Of a stretch of DNA of 64,000 nucleotides, positions 28,984-37,509 are shown piece after piece. A program made the translations under genes and the position numbers. Below the pieces are notes generated by a model. The model was not told where the DNA came from. It did not search any database and was given only the letters and a program-made list of their open reading frames with translations. Each line of letters opens with the position of its first letter. The stretch's first letter is position 1. The DNA is from Chlorobiota bacterium. Its GTDB lineage: Bacteria > Bacteroidota > Ignavibacteria > OLB7. The stretch is taken from assembly GCA_963711465.1 (NCBI GenBank), contig CAVQEG010000001.1, positions 2,462,332-2,526,331 of the forward strand. The letters run 5' to 3'.

Positions 28984-29064
28984 GGGGGGTGGATTAGGGG
29001 TATGAATCCCCCTCGACCCTGCCGAAATTCAGCGAATTTCGCGGAATCAAACGATCCACCCCCC
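28984..29064. other. Nested stem-loop element downstream of the MalT-like gene
   Basis: The outer 10-bp inverted repeat is GGGGGTGGAT...ATCCACCCCC. It encloses hairpins aggggtatgaatcccct and cgaaattc-agc-gaatttcg. It lies in the 3' region of the minus-strand gene that ends at 29127. Confidence 0.4.
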
Positions 29065-29126
29065 GAAGCAGCCGCGCAGTCGGCCGGCCGGGGCCGATGC
29101 GCATTGCCGGGAACGTGGAACGCCCC

Positions 29127-31898
29127 CTACAGCAGGTTCAGCTCGCGCGCCCTGGCAAGCGCCTGGGTGCGGGACTCGACATCGAGCTTGCTGTAGAGGT
29201 TGTTGATGTGGGTCTTGACGGTACTGACCGAGATGTAGAGAGTGTCGGCGATGGTAGCATTTGATTTTCCATCCGCGATCAACTTGAGGACTTCGACCTC
29301 GCGATCGCTCAGTGGGGTCGGAAGATCGGCGGCCAACCGCGCTGCGGTCTCGCCTGCCGGCTCCTCCTTCGCCGACTCCTCACCTGCGCCCGGCTTGATG
29401 CCGAACGCCTCGAGCAGACGATCAAGGTAGTGGAGGGAAACGGTGGCCGGAATGTCCGTCTCCTCGTCCAGTCGCGCCGTGCGCACTACAAGTAAAAGTT
29501 CCTTGAGAGTCTTGCCCTCCGAAATGAATGTGCGAACATAACCCTCCGGCTCTGCCAGAACAAGCGCGCGGGACAATGTTCCGACCGATTGTTCATTTTC
29601 ATCCTGAAGGTTGAGGGCGATCGACTGCAGAACGAGGATGCGAATCATCGCGTCCACCTCCCCCCCGGACTCGGCGGTCTCCAACAGCGGCGCGAGCAGC
29701 TCGAGAGCGTCGACTGTCTGTCCGCGTGCAATCATCAGTCGTGCCAGCGCCATGTCCTCGAGCATGCCGACACCTGCCGGACGATGCCGCGTCGGATCGC
29801 TTACCCGTTCGAGAATCCGCTCGTGCGCCCAGTGCTCCGCTCCCTCGAGATCGCCCTGCGACAGAAGGACCTCCATGCGAAGTGCGACCAGCGGTCCGAT
29901 CAGTTCCCGCGATGCACCGTATCCACGAAGAATTCCTCGGGCCTCGTCGATCGCGTCGAGCGCGCCGCCGAGATCTCCCCTCGTCTGATGGACCCGAGCG
30001 AGCAACACCCGAGAGTCCCGGATGATCTCGACGTCGTCAACCCGCCGAGCGTCCTTGAGCCCCTCGGCCAGATACCGCATCGCGCTCTCCAGATCGTTCC
30101 ACTCGTAGTGGATCTCGCCCAGCCCCACGTTCGCCACCGCGGCGATCTCGACCATATCACCGCCCGCGACCGGCTGTTTCTCAACTGTCTGCAATGCCTC
30201 CTGGAACGTCGCCGATGCCGTGCGCAACTGTCCCATTCGCATCTGCAGTCGCGCCAGTTGCGGCAGCGCATCCAGCGCACCGAATGGTGCCGCCGGTTCT
30301 GCCTGACCGTCCGCAGCCCGAACCGCGCCGGGCAGCGCACCGGAGGTGCCGCCGTTGTCCCGCCGACCGATCGTCGATTCGAGCGCGATGGTTCCGTGAT
30401 GAATCTGCTCCTCCTCGGTCTGCCTGACCGCCTCGTGAGCAAGCTCGCGCGCACGGTTTACGTCCCCCCGAATCCGCGACAGGAACGTGTTTACCGTTGC
30501 GGCCCGATTGAGAATCTCCTCGAGGTCGTCTCCAGCCATCAGCTGCGCGCAATGGCGCGCATACTCCAGGTACTTCTCCACGTTCTGCAGCCGACCCGCC
30601 AGCAGCAACGTCCAGGCGAAGGCGAGCGACAGTCGGGGACGGTATCGAACCTGCTCCTCCGGCAGTGCCGCCATCCATCCGCTCAGCACCTCGAGCTCGC
30701 GTCGGGAGAGTAGCGTCTCCGCATGCCGTTCGATCAGATCCGCTGCCTGCTCGAATTCCTCGCCCCGCAACAGATGATCGGCCGCCTCGCGGACGTACCC
30801 GTTGTCGCGGTACCACCACCCTGCCCTGCGGTGCAGATCGATCGCCCGCGCCCCTCCGCGCTGCCCTAGCCGGGAGCGCAGCACCTCGGCGAACAGATGA
30901 TGGTACCGATACCAGCATCGAGCATCGTCCAGCGGAACGATGAACAGGTTGTCGTCCTCGAGCCGCTCGAGAATACTCTGGGAGTCGTCGCGCCCCGCCA
31001 CCGCGTCGCAGACATCCGCACAGAGCGAATCCAGGACGCAGGTATCCAGCAGGAACTGCCGGACCGTTTCCGGCTGGCGCTCATACACGTCGCCGACGAG
31101 ATAGTCGAGCACGTACCGGGGAATTCGCTCGGAGCCGACTCGGAAATCCGAGCCCGACTGCATCGACAGCGCCATCAGCTGAAGACCGGTCGGCCACCCC
31201 TCCGTCCGCTTCTCGATCTCGGCTACCACCGATGCCGGCAGCTCTTCACCCAGCACACCGTTGAGGAACCCCACCGCCTCTTCGAATGTGAATCGTAGAT
31301 CTCCGGTCCGCAGCTCGGCCAGCTCGCCAGCAGCACGCAGTCGAGTCAGACGAAGCGGAGGTGCGCTGCGGCTGGCGATGTAGAGATGCAGCTGCGCAGG
31401 CATGCGCTCGATGAAGAACGCGAGCGATGCGTGGATGTCCTCGGAGCGGATGTGATGGTAGTCGTCGAGAACGAAGGCGATCGTGCCGGTGACCGAGGCA
31501 AGCTCGTTGATGAGGTCGGTCAACACCCGATTCACATCCAGCGGCGACTGGCCGTAGATGTGCTCCAGAGCTTCCGCTCCGAGCCCCGGCACCTGCAGCG
31601 TCTGCAGTGAACCGATCATGTACGCCCAGAAGCGGTCGAGCCGGTTGTCGCTCTCATCGAACGACACCCACGCGACCTTCTGCTTGCTCTGCTGAACCCA
31701 GGTGCTGAGGAGGGTGGTCTTTCCGTAACCCGATGGTGCCGAAATGGTGGTGAGGCGGCAGTTCAGTCCGTCGCTGAGCCGCATCATCAGTGCTGGTCGC
31801 GCCACGAGGTCGGACCGCGTTCGCGCGATATGGAACTTCGTGCTGAGCAACGGGAACCGCCCCGTCGTGCCTACAGCACGCTCGCCGTCCAAGGCCAT
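29127..31898 (-). CDS. MalT-like LuxR-family transcriptional regulator (STAND NTPase + TPR-like + LuxR HTH)
   Basis: The N-terminal P-loop is TTISAPSGYGKTTLLSTW. There is a long helical-repeat middle. The C-terminus is LSDREVEVLKLIADGKSNATIADTLYISVSTVKTHINNLYSKLDVESRTQALARARELNLL. The length is 923 aa. Confidence 0.85.
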   Translation of the reverse strand: MALDGERAVGTTGRFPLLSTKFHIARTRSDLVARPALMMRLSDGLNCRLTTISAPSGYGKTTLLSTWVQQSKQKVAWVSFDESDNRLDRFWAYMIGSLQTLQVPGLGAEALEHIYGQSPLDVNRVLTDLINELASVTGTIAFVLDDYHHIRSEDIHASLAFFIERMPAQLHLYIASRSAPPLRLTRLRAAGELAELRTGDLRFTFEEAVGFLNGVLGEELPASVVAEIEKRTEGWPTGLQLMALSMQSGSDFRVGSERIPRYVLDYLVGDVYERQPETVRQFLLDTCVLDSLCADVCDAVAGRDDSQSILERLEDDNLFIVPLDDARCWYRYHHLFAEVLRSRLGQRGGARAIDLHRRAGWWYRDNGYVREAADHLLRGEEFEQAADLIERHAETLLSRRELEVLSGWMAALPEEQVRYRPRLSLAFAWTLLLAGRLQNVEKYLEYARHCAQLMAGDDLEEILNRAATVNTFLSRIRGDVNRARELAHEAVRQTEEEQIHHGTIALESTIGRRDNGGTSGALPGAVRAADGQAEPAAPFGALDALPQLARLQMRMGQLRTASATFQEALQTVEKQPVAGGDMVEIAAVANVGLGEIHYEWNDLESAMRYLAEGLKDARRVDDVEIIRDSRVLLARVHQTRGDLGGALDAIDEARGILRGYGASRELIGPLVALRMEVLLSQGDLEGAEHWAHERILERVSDPTRHRPAGVGMLEDMALARLMIARGQTVDALELLAPLLETAESGGEVDAMIRILVLQSIALNLQDENEQSVGTLSRALVLAEPEGYVRTFISEGKTLKELLLVVRTARLDEETDIPATVSLHYLDRLLEAFGIKPGAGEESAKEEPAGETAARLAADLPTPLSDREVEVLKLIADGKSNATIADTLYISVSTVKTHINNLYSKLDVESRTQALARARELNLL

Positions 31899-32137
31899 TG
31901 GATCAAGAACAGGTGGGTCGGAGAGTTTCCCCGCGGTAGAGGTTTCGGCCGTGCCGCGCGAAAGCTATGGACGGGTGTGATGGTTTCCAAAGCCAGGAAC
32001 GACAAAATGTGCGCCGATTCACACATGTAGTGCCGAAGCCCGCCCGCCCCCGCCGCGACCGACCCGGCACCATTTGGCCCGACAGGGTCACCCGCAGTAT
32101 TTTGGCGCCAGTTGTTTTTATAACCATGTGAACCACA

Positions 32138-33889
32138 TTGAAATACCGTTGGATTATTCCGCCTGAAGAAGATGACCCTAACGTTCAGAAGCTAGCACAG
32201 ACCATCAACGTATCGCCGACGATCGCGCGGATCCTGGTTGCCCGAGGTGTCAACACCTTCGAACTCGCAAAACAGTTCTTCCGCCCGAGTCTGAACGATC
32301 TGCACGACCCGTTCCTTATGGACGGGATGGAGGCCGCCGTCGAGCGGTCGATGCGTGCAGTGGCTTCAGGCGAGAAGATTGCGATCTACGGCGACTACGA
32401 CGTTGACGGGACGAATTCGGCCGCGATGCTCCACCTCTATTTCCGAGGACTGGGTGCCGATGTCGACTTCTATATTCCCGATCGCTTCACCGAGGGCTAC
32501 GGCATTTCTACGGTCGGTATCGACCGGCTCCATGCCCGGGGGGTCACGCTCATCATTGCCATCGACTGCGGTATCACCGCCGTCGAACAGGTCGCGTATG
32601 CGAACACGCTCTCGCTGGACGTGATCATCTGTGATCACCACGAGGCGGGCGACGCGATTCCACCCGCGTACGCCGTGCTCGATCCCATCAAGCCCGGCTG
32701 CTCCTATCCCTTCAAGTACCTCTCCGGTTGCGGGGTCGGCTTCAAGCTGATCCAGGCTATCGCCTTGCGCCGAAACGAACCCGAGACCGTCTACCAGTAC
32801 CTCGACTTCGTTGCGATCGCGGCCGCAGCCGATATCGTTCCATTGACCGGTGAGAATCGTTCGCTCGTCGCTCATGGCCTGCGAAAGCTCAACGAGCGCC
32901 CGCGCCCCGGCTTCCGCGGTCTGTTCGAATGCGCCGGTATCAAGTCGGGAGCCATCGGGACCTCGCAGATCGTCTTCGGCGTCGCACCCCGCATCAATGC
33001 CGCCGGTCGACTCGGGGATGCACGGCGCGCCGTCGAAATGCTCATCGAAGAGGATGAGGTTCGAGCGTTTCAGCGTGCGCAGGAACTTGAAAGCGACAAC
33101 CGTAATCGCCGCGCGATCGATGAGGAGACGTTCGCCGAAGCACAGGTGATGGCCGACGCAATGATCGCCGGTCGTGAGACCTGCCGCGCCCTGGTGATTC
33201 ACAACCCGCACTGGCACCCGGGCGTGATCGGCATCGTCGCCTCTCGCCTGGTGGAGCGCTACTACCTGCCCACCGTATTGCTGACCACTGTCGACGGCGT
33301 GGCAAAAGGGTCCGCCCGGTCGATTGCCGGTTTCGATATCTATAGTGCGCTCAAGCACTGCGAGGAACACATCGAACAGTTCGGCGGCCACAAGTACGCC
33401 GCCGGATTGTCGATCCGTGAAGAGAATATCGACGTCCTCCGCTCCGAACTCGAGAAGTTCGCCGACTACCGCGTCAGCGACGCCATGCTGACGCCCGAAC
33501 TGTTCATCGATGCCGAAGTGGAGCTCGAGGAGATCTCTCCCCGGTTCGTCACCATCATTCGGCAGTTTGCTCCCTTCGGCCCGGGAAACGCCCGCCCGCT
33601 GTTCATGCTTCGCAACGCACACGTCGTCGGGTACCCGCGCGTCGTCGGCAAGGATCACCTCAAGTTCCGCGTACGAAACGGACACGGGTATATCGACGCC
33701 ATCAGTTTCGGCAATGGAACGCGGATCGAGGAACTCAACGGGCGTGAGCGCTACGACCTCGTCTTCAACGTTGAAGAGAACGAGTACCGCGGCACCGTCA
33801 CACAGCAGCTTCGTGTGATCGATTTCCGCGTGTCCTCCGATACCGAAGACCACGTCGTGCGTGCCGGTGCCGGCGAGGCAACGCTGTAG
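32138..33889 (+). CDS. recJ: Single-stranded-DNA-specific exonuclease RecJ
   Basis: The DHH-family motifs are IAIYGDYDVDGTNSAAMLH, CDHHEAGD and GGHKYAAG. The length is 583 aa. Confidence 0.9.
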   Translation: MKYRWIIPPEEDDPNVQKLAQTINVSPTIARILVARGVNTFELAKQFFRPSLNDLHDPFLMDGMEAAVERSMRAVASGEKIAIYGDYDVDGTNSAAMLHLYFRGLGADVDFYIPDRFTEGYGISTVGIDRLHARGVTLIIAIDCGITAVEQVAYANTLSLDVIICDHHEAGDAIPPAYAVLDPIKPGCSYPFKYLSGCGVGFKLIQAIALRRNEPETVYQYLDFVAIAAAADIVPLTGENRSLVAHGLRKLNERPRPGFRGLFECAGIKSGAIGTSQIVFGVAPRINAAGRLGDARRAVEMLIEEDEVRAFQRAQELESDNRNRRAIDEETFAEAQVMADAMIAGRETCRALVIHNPHWHPGVIGIVASRLVERYYLPTVLLTTVDGVAKGSARSIAGFDIYSALKHCEEHIEQFGGHKYAAGLSIREENIDVLRSELEKFADYRVSDAMLTPELFIDAEVELEEISPRFVTIIRQFAPFGPGNARPLFMLRNAHVVGYPRVVGKDHLKFRVRNGHGYIDAISFGNGTRIEELNGRERYDLVFNVEENEYRGTVTQQLRVIDFRVSSDTEDHVVRAGAGEATL

Positions 33890-34016
33890 AATCCTCCCGG
33901 TGTCCACGCGGCAATGACCGCGCGCGAACGCCGGACCGATCGAGATCCGCACCGTGCGTCCCCATCAGCAGGTCGAATTCGACAATCCCCTTCATCAATC
34001 CCGAGACAGATCAGAC

Positions 34017-34769
34017 ATGGCAGGCCATAGCAAGTGGGCGAACATCAAGCATCGCAAGAGTGCCGCCGACGCGAAGCGCGGCAAGGTGTTCACCAAAATC
34101 GCCCGGGAACTCACCATCGCCGCCCGCGAAGGCAGCGGTGATCCCGATGCGAATCCGCGCCTGCGCCTGGCAATCCAGCAGGCGCGTGCGGTCAACATGC
34201 CCAACGACAATATCAAGCGCGCCATTCAGCGCGGTACCGGCGAAATCGAGGGTCAGCAGTTCGAGGAAATCACGCTCGAAGGGTACGGTCCCGGCGGAAT
34301 TCAGATCCTCATGGAGTGCGTCACCGATAACCGTAACCGCACCGTCGCCGATATCCGCCACCTGCTCTCACGCGGCAATGGCTCCATGGCCGAAGCCAAC
34401 GCCGTCGCATGGAACTTCACCCGAAAGGGCGTCGTCGCCGTTGAAAAGGGTGGGAATTCCGAGGAGGATGTGCTCATGGCCGTCCTCGATGCCGGTGCCG
34501 AGGATGTGAAAGTGGGCGAGGAGACGTTCGACGTCTACGCGCCCGTCGAATCCTTCGAATCGGTCCGCTCCGCACTCGAATCCGCCGGGTTCGATATCCG
34601 CGAAGCCACCATGCATTTCGTCCCGAACCAGACCGTCGAACTCTCCGGTTCGGAAGCTGCCTCCGCGCTCAAACTGCTCGAATCGCTCGATGACTACGAC
34701 GATCTGCAGAACCTCTATACGAGCCTGGAAGTCGACGACGAGGAACTCGCCCGGATCGAAGGGAACTGA
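34017..34769 (+). CDS. yebC: YebC/PmpR family DNA-binding transcriptional regulator
   Basis: MAGHSKWANIKHRKSAADAKRGKVFTKIARELTIAAREG is the canonical YebC N-terminus. Trimmed to ATG at 34017. Confidence 0.9.
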   Translation: MAGHSKWANIKHRKSAADAKRGKVFTKIARELTIAAREGSGDPDANPRLRLAIQQARAVNMPNDNIKRAIQRGTGEIEGQQFEEITLEGYGPGGIQILMECVTDNRNRTVADIRHLLSRGNGSMAEANAVAWNFTRKGVVAVEKGGNSEEDVLMAVLDAGAEDVKVGEETFDVYAPVESFESVRSALESAGFDIREATMHFVPNQTVELSGSEAASALKLLESLDDYDDLQNLYTSLEVDDEELARIEGN

Positions 34770-34792
34770 TCGGTTCCAATGATGGCTCTATC

Positions 34793-34823
34793 GGCGCCGT
34801 CCCGGCCTGCGCGGGGACGGCGC
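34793..34823 (+). terminator. Perfect stem-loop downstream of yebC
   Basis: ggcgccgtccc-ggcctgcgc-gggacggcgcc. The stem is 11 bp perfect. Confidence 0.5.
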
Positions 34824-34973
34824 CGCTGCGTTCGGGGCGAATTCCCGATGCCCGAAGCGCCGATGCTCGCTCCGCCCGAATTCTCGCCCACCATGATACA
34901 TCCGTTCAATCCCGACGTCTTACTCGCGTCAGGCCGTATCCGAACACCCGCCCCCTGGCGACTTCAGACGGAT

Positions 34974-35007
34974 CCGAACCAGCCGTACCGCGCGTGCCAG
35001 CATCTCC
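34974..35007 (+). promoter_or_regulatory. Putative ECF-type promoter (CCGAACCAGCC ... CATCTCC) upstream of sigma gene
   Basis: The 11-mer CCGAACCAGCC sits at 34974-34984. It is identical to the 11-mer at 40154-40164 upstream of the paralogous sigma gene. It has the ECF-like -35 core GAACC with a -10-like element about 19 nt downstream. Confidence 0.45.
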
Positions 35008-35071
35008 TCGACATATCCCGATCGACACTCCGGCCGAACCCGCCGACGCGGATCTGCTCGAGCGCTTTCTC

Positions 35072-35638
35072 ATGGGCGACGATTCGTCGTTCACCCGGCT
35101 CTACGAGCGCTACGACGCTCGCGTGCTCACCTACCTGCGTACCGTGCTGAAGGACTGTCCGGATGTGGCCGATGATCTCTTTCAGGAAACGTTCGTCCGC
35201 CTCTGGCGGGAACGTGCGCGCAGGTCGTCGGCCGGAGAATACCGTGCGATCGACAACGTGCGGGGCTGGCTCTTCCGCGTGGCACACAACCTCGCGATCA
35301 GCCATCTGCGCAGCCGACGACAGACCGTGACCATCTCCGGCGATGACGAATCCGGCGGCGCGCGCTGGGATGAACGGCTGATGGTGCCGGTCGAGGAATC
35401 GTTCGCACTGCTCTTCGGCGATGAGGACCCCGTCACCGCCGACGGGATGTTCGACAGGTTGCGTGAATGCCTCGAGCTGCTCCCGCCGGCGCTGCGCGAG
35501 GTGTACGTGCTCCGGGAACTCAACGGCCTGGAGTACGAGGAGGTCGCCGAGATCGCCAACTGTTCGCAGGAAGCCGCCCGTATGCGCATCAGTCGAGCCC
35601 GCCGCTCACTGCGCAAGGCGCTGGAGAAGTATCTGTAG
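35072..35638 (+). CDS. ECF RNA polymerase sigma factor
   Basis: Region 2 is RLYERYDARVLTYLRTVLKDCPDVADDLFQETFVRLWRER...GWLFRVAHNLAISHLRSRR. Region 4 is LPPALREVYVLRELNGLEYEEVAEIANCSQEAARMRISRARRSLRKAL. The ORF track begins at GTG 34994. ATG 35072 is preferred because the putative promoter overlaps the earlier start. Confidence 0.75.
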   Translation: MGDDSSFTRLYERYDARVLTYLRTVLKDCPDVADDLFQETFVRLWRERARRSSAGEYRAIDNVRGWLFRVAHNLAISHLRSRRQTVTISGDDESGGARWDERLMVPVEESFALLFGDEDPVTADGMFDRLRECLELLPPALREVYVLRELNGLEYEEVAEIANCSQEAARMRISRARRSLRKALEKYL

Positions 35639-35679
35639 CACCGTTCGTTCGACGCTCGCGTGTCGACGCCGATACCGTG

Positions 35680-37359
35680 ATGAATATCGAAGACCTGATC
35701 TCGCAGTACGTCGATGCGGAGCTCACCTCCGAGCAGGAGGCGGAGCTCCACCATCGGCTCTCGGTTTCGCCCGATGACCGCCGTCGGTTCCGGCAGCACG
35801 TCGCGCTGCATGGGCTGGCGCAGGATCGACGCGTGCTGCAGCAGCCGGGCGCCGCCCTGCGCGCCGCGCTCTTCGAGCGACTGCGCCGGGAGGAAGGGAA
35901 GAATTCGGTCGTGCCCGCCAACGGCACCGCAGCGAAGGCCGCTCCTCTCCCGTTCGCCGCCGACGCCGGTCCCCATGCAGCCGCCGGTCTTCGCGCCCCG
36001 CTTCCCTCCCGGACCGCGCCCGCCGCGCGCCGCCGCCGTCGGCTGTCTGCCATCGTGGTGCCGTTCGTCCTCGGACTGCTCTCCATGGCCGCGGTCTGGA
36101 GAATCACCGACGGCACCAACGTCGATTCGCCGGTAGGAACGATCGCCTCGAACACCGGCCGATCGGCCGCCGCTCCCGCTCCCGAGTCAGAAGCGCCGAT
36201 GCTCGCCGATGCCGCAACACCCCGCACCGCACGCGTCGCGCGACCAGAGCCGCATCGGTCGTTCGCGGCTGAATCGCCCACGGAGCACGGCCTAGCACCC
36301 TCCGCTGCCGGCGCGCGTAGTTCCGATGCGTCGGAGCGGGCGCCGCGTGCGTCCGAACGGGGCCGAATGGCAGTGGGGCCCGATATGAAGTCCGTAGCGC
36401 CATCGGAGATGTTCGCGCATCGCATGCAGGCGACATCGATTGCCCCGATGACGTCGGCCCGGGCGCAGCCGGAGGCACCGATGTCGAGACCCGACGACCG
36501 ACCGGTATCACCGCAGAGTTCCGCTGACGGATCCGGCGCGGCTGCGCCCGAGGTGCGTACGACCGCCGCCGAGCGGTCGTCCTCCTCGGTTAGGGCCGAG
36601 GCGGCACCATCGAACGGTATCGCAATGACGATGGCACCGTCGTCGACGTCGTCGAACGACACCGTCTCTTCGCATGCCGGCGGGTCGACGACGGTCAATC
36701 CGCTTCAGATCTTCACCGGTCGTCCGCCGGCCCTCTTTGCACAGGTACGGCAGTCGTTCACGCTCGGGCTCAGCACCGCCCGCGTTCTGCCGGAGGTCGA
36801 CCTGCGTCTGGGCGGTGTGCTCGGCAACGACCATCAGATCTACGCCATCGTCGGCCGTTCCGGCTATCGCGCGATGGCATCCTCCACCGTCACCGACAAC
36901 CACGTGGCACGAGAAGTGGCCGACATCATCACGACCACCAACAGCTTCGGCCAGACGAAACTGGATACGGTCTATGCCGACCACACGATCACAACCACGA
37001 CGACGGACAACACGGCGGAGGATCGGTATGAATTCTGGGCTGGAGCGGGCTACCGCTATTCCAGGCCGGTCATGAATCACCTCCGTGCCGGGGGCGGCAT
37101 CTGGGCAGGGGTCGGTGCAGCAAATCTCCACTTCGGCGTCGAGCTTCCCATCGATGTCGCAATGACCGATCGCATCCGCTTCGAGGCGGTGCCGGTCGTC
37201 GAGTACCGGCGCGCCCTTCACGCAGCGACGTCGAATGAACACGCCTCGAGCGACGTCGCCTCGCGCTCGAGCAGAATCGAACGAGTCACCTCCGGGAGCG
37301 CCGCTTCCTCGGAGGTTACCGTCGGACTCGGACTCGGCGTGACGGTCCTGATGCGCTAG
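35680..37359 (+). CDS. Putative anti-sigma factor (N-terminal anti-sigma domain, single TM, large Ala/Ser/Pro-rich and beta-rich extracytoplasmic region)
   Basis: The N-terminus MNIEDLISQYVDAELTSEQEAELHHRLSVSPDDRRRFRQHVALHGL resembles the RseA/ChrR-type anti-sigma. The TM helix is LSAIVVPFVLGLLSMAAVW. It lies immediately downstream of the ECF sigma. Trimmed from ORF 35467 to ATG 35680 (560 aa). Confidence 0.6.
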   Translation: MNIEDLISQYVDAELTSEQEAELHHRLSVSPDDRRRFRQHVALHGLAQDRRVLQQPGAALRAALFERLRREEGKNSVVPANGTAAKAAPLPFAADAGPHAAAGLRAPLPSRTAPAARRRRRLSAIVVPFVLGLLSMAAVWRITDGTNVDSPVGTIASNTGRSAAAPAPESEAPMLADAATPRTARVARPEPHRSFAAESPTEHGLAPSAAGARSSDASERAPRASERGRMAVGPDMKSVAPSEMFAHRMQATSIAPMTSARAQPEAPMSRPDDRPVSPQSSADGSGAAAPEVRTTAAERSSSSVRAEAAPSNGIAMTMAPSSTSSNDTVSSHAGGSTTVNPLQIFTGRPPALFAQVRQSFTLGLSTARVLPEVDLRLGGVLGNDHQIYAIVGRSGYRAMASSTVTDNHVAREVADIITTTNSFGQTKLDTVYADHTITTTTTDNTAEDRYEFWAGAGYRYSRPVMNHLRAGGGIWAGVGAANLHFGVELPIDVAMTDRIRFEAVPVVEYRRALHAATSNEHASSDVASRSSRIERVTSGSAASSEVTVGLGLGVTVLMR

Positions 37360-37509
37360 ACCCAGGCGTCCATGTAAACCTTTCCACCGACGTCGTATCA
37401 AACGAACACCACCACCATGGCGTGGCAGGATTCTTGACGAAGTGAGGGATGTGATGGACGTATATATATACAGTCATCACCGTGCCGTAGGAACAGGTTG
37501 TAGCACAAC

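Noticed and set aside
35589-37401. Minus-strand ORFs 35589..36698 and 36508..37401 antisense to the anti-sigma gene
   Set aside because: They are shadow ORFs in Ala/Pro-rich high-GC sequence. The + strand gene has the anti-sigma N-terminus and a TM helix, and a paralog lies downstream.
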